From contig JAUMAA010000002.1 in NCBI GenBank assembly GCA_032117075.1, positions 24,005 to 88,004 on the forward strand: a stretch of 64,000 nt of DNA, written 5' to 3'. The notes beneath the pieces were generated by a model. That model did not search any database. It saw only the letters and a list, made by a program, of their open reading frames with translations, and was not told the DNA's origin. This document shows, in pieces, positions 58,546 to 64,000 of the stretch. Position 1 is the first letter of the stretch. Each line of letters begins with the position of its first letter. Both the position numbers and the translations under genes were made by a program. The stretch is from Patescibacteria group bacterium (lineage in GTDB: Bacteria > Patescibacteriota > WWE3 > UBA101185 > UBA10185).

Positions 58546-59818
58546 TTTGTTTTTTGCCTATTACCTTAATTTGAGGATAAGGGAATCCAAGAATATTTAA
58601 GTTTATTATATCAAAATTTAAATTATGAAGATAAGGGTTTGCAATTTTAATTTGGTACATTCCCGTATTTAAGTTAAAGAAGATAAATTTACCATCTTTA
58701 TCTGAAATGCTATTTGCTAATAATGCATTCTGACTATAAATTTGTAAATCTAGACCCTCTAGAGGGGTACCTTGCTCACTTAATGCAATTCCTGCTAAAT
58801 TATTTTCCCTTTTTTCCTCATTAAGGTTGATAGTTCTAAATGACTCAACTCCATATGTTACTTTAGCTTCCTTAGTAATTTGTTCCAGTTCCTTTGCGAG
58901 TGTTTTGATATCTTTTCTGGGGGCACTTGATTCAATAATAGGTGTTCTATCAAAGATATTTATAGATTTTTCACCTCTTATCGGCAGAATTAATTCTTCA
59001 GCTTCTTTTTTTGAGAAACTGATAAATTTTCTTCCTGGTGAGGTGGAGATAGAAGTTCTAAGTTGATCCTGAGTATCCTCAGTAGCAGGTTTTTTACCAA
59101 AGAATTTTAATTTTTGCGGAAATATTTTTGAAATTTCAGGTGAAACTATTTGTTTTTTAAATTCAATCTTAGGTTTAGAAACATCCTGATCCTCAGTTTT
59201 AGTAGTTGGTGTAAAAAGTACAACTTCTTCGAATGATGGTTCCTTTTCTATAACTTGAGTGGTTGTAGGGATTTGTTTTGCTTCTTCTCTTTTTACTAAA
59301 GTTTCTGCAAGTGAAGGTCTTACATCAACAAATTTTCTCGATGTAAAATTGAAGTCAAATTCATCAGGCTTTTCTTCGAAAGCACTAATTCCTTTAATAT
59401 ACTCTTCAACTTTTCTACGATTTGAAGTTGAAGTAGTAGCAATCATACCTGCTTGAATAAATTCAACTGATTTCATGGAAAATGCTCTAGGAATTTCAAC
59501 TGATTTTTTATAAACTCTCTGATTAACTCCATAGATTGCTTTAAGAAGATTAACGATCCACTCGTCAGCACCTCTATCATCTATTGGGACTCCAATTAAA
59601 ACAAATGTTAGTAAACCAAAGAAAGCAACTAAGGGCCATTTAACAATAGCAGGCATAGGAGCAATATAGAATAGATAAGTAGGTCCTCCAAAAGCAACAA
59701 GATACACAAATTGTCTCATTGTAAGGTCACCAATTATTTTGAATTCTACATCCATGAAATTTTGAGGAATAGGATGTTGAGAATTTCTCGAGGTGTTTTG
59801 GGCATTTTTATCATCCAT
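58538..59818 (-). CDS. prgI: PrgI (VirB3-like) family protein with long C-terminal extension
   Basis: HPIPQN...EFK.IG.LT.RQF, two TMs; C-terminal beta-sandwich (SDKDGKF.F, G.Y.I). Confidence 0.75.
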   Translation of the reverse strand: MDDKNAQNTSRNSQHPIPQNFMDVEFKIIGDLTMRQFVYLVAFGGPTYLFYIAPMPAIVKWPLVAFFGLLTFVLIGVPIDDRGADEWIVNLLKAIYGVNQRVYKKSVEIPRAFSMKSVEFIQAGMIATTSTSNRRKVEEYIKGISAFEEKPDEFDFNFTSRKFVDVRPSLAETLVKREEAKQIPTTTQVIEKEPSFEEVVLFTPTTKTEDQDVSKPKIEFKKQIVSPEISKIFPQKLKFFGKKPATEDTQDQLRTSISTSPGRKFISFSKKEAEELILPIRGEKSINIFDRTPIIESSAPRKDIKTLAKELEQITKEAKVTYGVESFRTINLNEEKRENNLAGIALSEQGTPLEGLDLQIYSQNALLANSISDKDGKFIFFNLNTGMYQIKIANPYLHNLNFDIINLNILGFPYPQIKVIGKKQNG

Positions 59819-59842
59819 ATTTAATGTCTCAGTTTAATCTAC

Positions 59843-61222
59843 CTAGTTCCCGCTTTTGGAACTTGAACCAATAGGTTCTGCCCCAGTTACATTTTTAGCA
59901 AAAGTATTTGCCCATTGTTCGGTGTTATCTGCATACTGGTAGATAATAATTGAAACAACTAAAGGTGATAAGATTGCTAATCCGATTGCTCCAAACATAG
60001 CACCGTAACCAGTAGATCCCCAATTATAGATTAATGCAGCATAGATCATTGGCCCTGTTCTTATTGCCTGGAGTAGGAAGCTTCTTGATACTAGTGCAAC
60101 TAATGTAGAGAAGTATCTCCTAATTTGCAGAGCTCCCGCCTCTCCTGGGAGAAGTGATGCTGCAATTAATACAGGTGAGGCGAAGGTGAAAACAAATATT
60201 CCGATAAGATTTGTAAATAACATCCACCATAAAACAATCAAACGGTAAAGACACCAAATACCAAGAATGCACATTAGGATTATTATTCCTGCACCCACAG
60301 GATTTGCGGATAAGAAAAATACAAAGATAATAGCGATAATCAGTTGTAGAACATTTACAACAAGCGAACCCTCTATTCCACCAAACATGTAAAGAATTAA
60401 AGGGGCAAAACCTTCATTAATATGGATGTATAGAAGTGCTTCTCCAATTGTGTAAGAGAACTGAATTAATATAACTGAAATTATGACTCTAGGAATAGCT
60501 TGCTCCAAAGAAAGTCTCCATTTAGCATTATTATCTAGGAAACTATTTGATGACATTAATGTTAATCCAAGTACGATACTTAATAACCCAATCATTGCAT
60601 ATGCAACATTTCTAAAATTTTTCCAAAGATTGAATGCAGTGTCTCTCCAAAATTCTCCCATAAACCAAAGATCTTGTGTTGAAGGTTGCTGGGCAAAAAC
60701 TTCTTTTGCTACTGGTATGTTTTCAACTGATTTGTATACAAAGTAAGTATTATCAAAAGAGTTTTTTGCTATTTCACTGTTAATGTTATATAGATAATTT
60801 GTCATAGCTAATGCACTAAAACCATCTGATCCTGATGTTGTGAAAACTAATCCTGATTTATCTACTTCTGGATTAAGATAGGTAATTGCATTACATATAT
60901 TATTTAAATCAATTTCCTGGTTATTATTTCTAAAATTTTCATTTTCTTTTACACATTTTTTCATATTATCAAATGAAGCACCAAATACCATTGCCGGTAC
61001 TGATCTAACTATTTGACCTGCAATTACAGTACATCCTGCCATAACAATGTTATTTTGACCTGAACATACACCATTTGAATAATTCTGTTCATAATCTATC
61101 GGAACTACAGGCATTCTATCTGAAAGGTCACTTGGTACTCTAAGAGACTGAGAATTAACTAAGGTGAATGAACTAAATATTAATAAAAATATTATTAAAT
61201 AAAATTTACTTGTTTTTTTCAT
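59843..61222 (-). CDS. Polytopic membrane protein, VirB6/TrbL-like
   Basis: Signal peptide, W..FRN.AY, LIQFSY.I, multiple TMs; upstream of prgI-virB4. Confidence 0.55.
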   Translation of the reverse strand: MKKTSKFYLIIFLLIFSSFTLVNSQSLRVPSDLSDRMPVVPIDYEQNYSNGVCSGQNNIVMAGCTVIAGQIVRSVPAMVFGASFDNMKKCVKENENFRNNNQEIDLNNICNAITYLNPEVDKSGLVFTTSGSDGFSALAMTNYLYNINSEIAKNSFDNTYFVYKSVENIPVAKEVFAQQPSTQDLWFMGEFWRDTAFNLWKNFRNVAYAMIGLLSIVLGLTLMSSNSFLDNNAKWRLSLEQAIPRVIISVILIQFSYTIGEALLYIHINEGFAPLILYMFGGIEGSLVVNVLQLIIAIIFVFFLSANPVGAGIIILMCILGIWCLYRLIVLWWMLFTNLIGIFVFTFASPVLIAASLLPGEAGALQIRRYFSTLVALVSRSFLLQAIRTGPMIYAALIYNWGSTGYGAMFGAIGLAILSPLVVSIIIYQYADNTEQWANTFAKNVTGAEPIGSSSKSGN

Positions 61223-61293
61223 AATCTTAATTTTATTCTACACCTGATTTTCAATTTTGTATTATATTAATTTTTTAAATTATAATATAAATT

Positions 61294-64000
61294 ATGGCAA
61301 GTCCTTATATCAGTTTAGTAGAAGAAATTTTCCAAGAAAGTGTAATTGAAGCCCTAAGTGAATACGGAATTAATGTACCGGACAGGTCTTCTGATGATTA
61401 TTCTAATTTTGATCAAAAGAAAATTTTTCTAAGAGAAGCTGTATTAAATAAATTAGTTTATCAATGGACATACGATCCTGGATTTAGAGCTAAAATAGGT
61501 TACCACTTAGACCCGACTACTGGAAAATATGTTGCCGATGACTTAGATGTTGTTAGAGATTTGGTTTTGGAATATGTAAGAAATGAGATTAGGTTTGAGA
61601 CAGATAGAATGCAAGTCGATGCAGAAAGAAAAGTCTTAGAAAATATTGCTGGAGGGGAATACTTTAAGAAAAAAGGTGTACAAAAATTAATAGATAATTT
61701 CACAGATATTGTTTCTCCTGGTTCAAAAAATACTAAAAAACTTTTAGGCACAAAAGTATCAGACCATACAGCTCTTAGAAATGCTTTACTTGATGTTGTA
61801 TTCACCAAAACAAATGACGGATTAGAAGTTGAAATTGGTAAAATGGATCAATTTAGAGGCAAGGATCAAAGGCCAAAGGTTTCTCCAACTACTGGAGCTC
61901 CTACAGAACTTAAAACAGGTCAAACATTTCAGGAAGCTGTTGTTGATATTCTTCAGTCAAAAACTAAAGCCACTCAGCAATCATCTCCTTATATTTCAAA
62001 GGCCGAGGAAATCAAAAGAGTTTTTGATGAGACACCTGAAGTAAAAGCTGTAAAAAAGGAGATAGAAGCTTTAAGAAAAAGTTATGGTATTTCAGTAGTT
62101 TCTGGAGGAACTTCGAGTATTACAACTCAAATAGAAGCTAAATATGCTGAACTTGAAAACTTATTCGAAACACTTCCTATTTCGATTGCAGGTACTCCTG
62201 CTACTTCCTCAGCAAAAGGTCTTCTTGATGTTGAAATGACAAGGTTAAATGCTTCCTTAATTCCTGGAGCTGCTCCTACGGGTATTGTGGTACCTAAAAG
62301 AGATCATCTATTTTTTAATTCCGGCAATGCCGTATTTGCAGATATTTGGGAGGGGGATCCAGATACACAATTAAAGATATCTCAATATACTGCTCAAAGG
62401 GATAAATACCCAGCGGGAACTCTGCTTCATGCTCACTACAACAACTTAGTTACAAAATACACTTCCAATTTGTATTCTTACTCGACTACTGGAAGTTCTA
62501 GGGAACCTTTTTCATACTCTTTTAAAAATGGTGATCTGGTGGTTGTTGATAGAATTAGAGCTAGATACGAAAGAGGTGTGAAAAACCTAGCTCAAGAATT
62601 AAAATTTGTTGATGTTTCAACCGCATTAAATAATTGGAGAATTCAGAGTTTAGAAGCCCATGCAGGTCAGTTAATGACTTTAAGATCGCATCTTCTTGGT
62701 AAGGCAGTACTGACTGCTAGCGAAAGAGAATTACTTAAAAAAACGGAAGCTTTGATTGAGAGGTTTAATACACATTCCCAAGCAATTTCATTACTTGAAG
62801 GAATGAGAAGGGTTCCTGCTTCCGACCCAAGATATGCTTCAATGAAAGCAGATTTTATTTCTAAAATTAATCTATTTACCACTGATACAGCTAAACAAAC
62901 AGAAATTTTAAATGCATTAAATTCACGTAATTACTTAGCTTTAAGATATTTAATAGGTTCTGGATCGGGAAATAAAGATACCGATAAGAGTATCGATGCT
63001 CTTTACAAAGATTTTTATGAAGCAGGTGATCATGCTCACCGAGTACATAAAGAAGGAGGTTCAGTTGATAACTTTTTTGAAGACTTTAATAGGTGGACCA
63101 AAAAAGCTTCAATTGACAATGAGATAATTGCCCAATTTATTGCTAGGAGATATGTTGAAAATACGATTTACGCAGTACAACTAATTACCGATACTAAATA
63201 TTTAAAATCTGAAATTAAAAGAAAATTTCATGAGGAAGTAAAGAGAAGGTTAGAGACAACTCTAGTAAGTTACTTTCCTGAAAATAATTTGTTTGGTGCT
63301 CAGGTAGGGTTTGTATATGATTTACTAAGAGAGAAAGATAGAATGAAATACCTAAAAGAGAAGGGATGGAAAGCTTTTCTTGAATTAGGTAGGGAATACT
63401 ATAACAAAACAGAGCTAGCTAAAAACTTAAAAGAATTCCAACTCTTAGGTCAGTCTGTCTCTATCGATCTTTTAGAATTTGCTCAAAATCCTTGGGTCTA
63501 TTTTAAAGGAAGGGTTACTGTATTTTTTAGAAGTACCGTCTCCAACTTTCTTAACAAAAACTACAGAAGACTAGTTGAATCTTTTACCTCATTAACCAGA
63601 AGAATAAAAAAAGCTCTTTGGGGACTAAAAGATAATATTAGAAACTATACTATCTCTTTCTTAGAAAAATCTGGAACAAGAGTTGGAGCTTACCTAGCAA
63701 GAGTGTTAGCCGGAGTAGCAATTCCAGTAGCAGGTTGGGTGGTAACTGCTGTGCTTTTGGTTTTACCTACACTACTTAAACCTATCTTTGGAGATGTTGA
63801 TTTTGGAACTATGATTAAGAAGTTTTTTAAATTCTTACTTTTTGGTCCTTGTTTAGTTTTATTAGTAATTTGGTTTATGGTTCTCGTTCCAATTATTTCT
63901 TTATTTGCAAATTTTTGGTCAAGTATTTGGGATTTTCTAGGTGTAGATTACTTTACTAAAACTTCACTTGAGGTTTCTTACCTAAATGACTGGACTTTTG
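61294..64000 (+). CDS. Very large protein (>900 aa, runs off window end) with long cytoplasmic N-terminus and TMs near residue 800-870
   Basis: Not in ORF track; ATG 61294 (MASPYISLVEEIFQES..), frame open to window end on manual translation; LAGVAIPVAGWVVTAVLLVL and CLVLLVIWFMVLVPIISLF hydrophobic stretches. Confidence 0.85.
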   Translation, partial: MASPYISLVEEIFQESVIEALSEYGINVPDRSSDDYSNFDQKKIFLREAVLNKLVYQWTYDPGFRAKIGYHLDPTTGKYVADDLDVVRDLVLEYVRNEIRFETDRMQVDAERKVLENIAGGEYFKKKGVQKLIDNFTDIVSPGSKNTKKLLGTKVSDHTALRNALLDVVFTKTNDGLEVEIGKMDQFRGKDQRPKVSPTTGAPTELKTGQTFQEAVVDILQSKTKATQQSSPYISKAEEIKRVFDETPEVKAVKKEIEALRKSYGISVVSGGTSSITTQIEAKYAELENLFETLPISIAGTPATSSAKGLLDVEMTRLNASLIPGAAPTGIVVPKRDHLFFNSGNAVFADIWEGDPDTQLKISQYTAQRDKYPAGTLLHAHYNNLVTKYTSNLYSYSTTGSSREPFSYSFKNGDLVVVDRIRARYERGVKNLAQELKFVDVSTALNNWRIQSLEAHAGQLMTLRSHLLGKAVLTASERELLKKTEALIERFNTHSQAISLLEGMRRVPASDPRYASMKADFISKINLFTTDTAKQTEILNALNSRNYLALRYLIGSGSGNKDTDKSIDALYKDFYEAGDHAHRVHKEGGSVDNFFEDFNRWTKKASIDNEIIAQFIARRYVENTIYAVQLITDTKYLKSEIKRKFHEEVKRRLETTLVSYFPENNLFGAQVGFVYDLLREKDRMKYLKEKGWKAFLELGREYYNKTELAKNLKEFQLLGQSVSIDLLEFAQNPWVYFKGRVTVFFRSTVSNFLNKNYRRLVESFTSLTRRIKKALWGLKDNIRNYTISFLEKSGTRVGAYLARVLAGVAIPVAGWVVTAVLLVLPTLLKPIFGDVDFGTMIKKFFKFLLFGPCLVLLVIWFMVLVPIISLFANFWSSIWDFLGVDYFTKTSLEVSYLNDWTF

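Noticed and set aside
38362-60746. Antisense ORFs inside groEL, rplY, dnaA, dnaN, virB4, valS and others
   Set aside because: Opposite-strand shadows of conserved genes with no motifs of their own.
61500-62882. Short ORFs 61500..61808, 61829..62044, 62667..62882
   Set aside because: Shadows of the large plus-strand gene from 61294.
1-64000. CRISPR array, IS/transposase, integrase, prophage, rRNA, or recoded TGA (code 25)
   Set aside because: None seen by eye; conserved genes are intact under code 11 and several end in TGA.

Overview
Very AT-rich, gene-dense chromosomal segment read with standard code 11. The gene content suggests a Patescibacteria/CPR bacterium, Microgenomates/WWE3-like (inference). 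It contains the probable replication origin (DnaA-box cluster downstream of dnaA) and an unusual rpmH-rnpA-yidD-yidC-dnaN operon. Also present are a VirB4/PrgI/VirB6-like secretion locus next to oriC, groES-groEL, valS, metG, rplY, tRNA-Asn, tRNA-Cys and two cell-surface glycosylation clusters. Two very large ORFs are cut by the window ends and missing from the ORF track (1..3350 minus, 61294..64000 plus). The most interesting items are: (i) two paralogous DUF3626-like putative toxins/effectors with a shared helical N-terminus, one with a candidate immunity gene behind tRNA-Cys; (ii) a hairpin-bracketed transcription unit that appears once with a GC-rich, Shine-Dalgarno-led orphan gene (4882-5373) and once empty (17777-17846); (iii) two paralogous prepilin-leader/CAP-domain proteins; (iv) pervasive apparent leaderless promoters. 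All calls are from reading motifs by eye; no searches were run.
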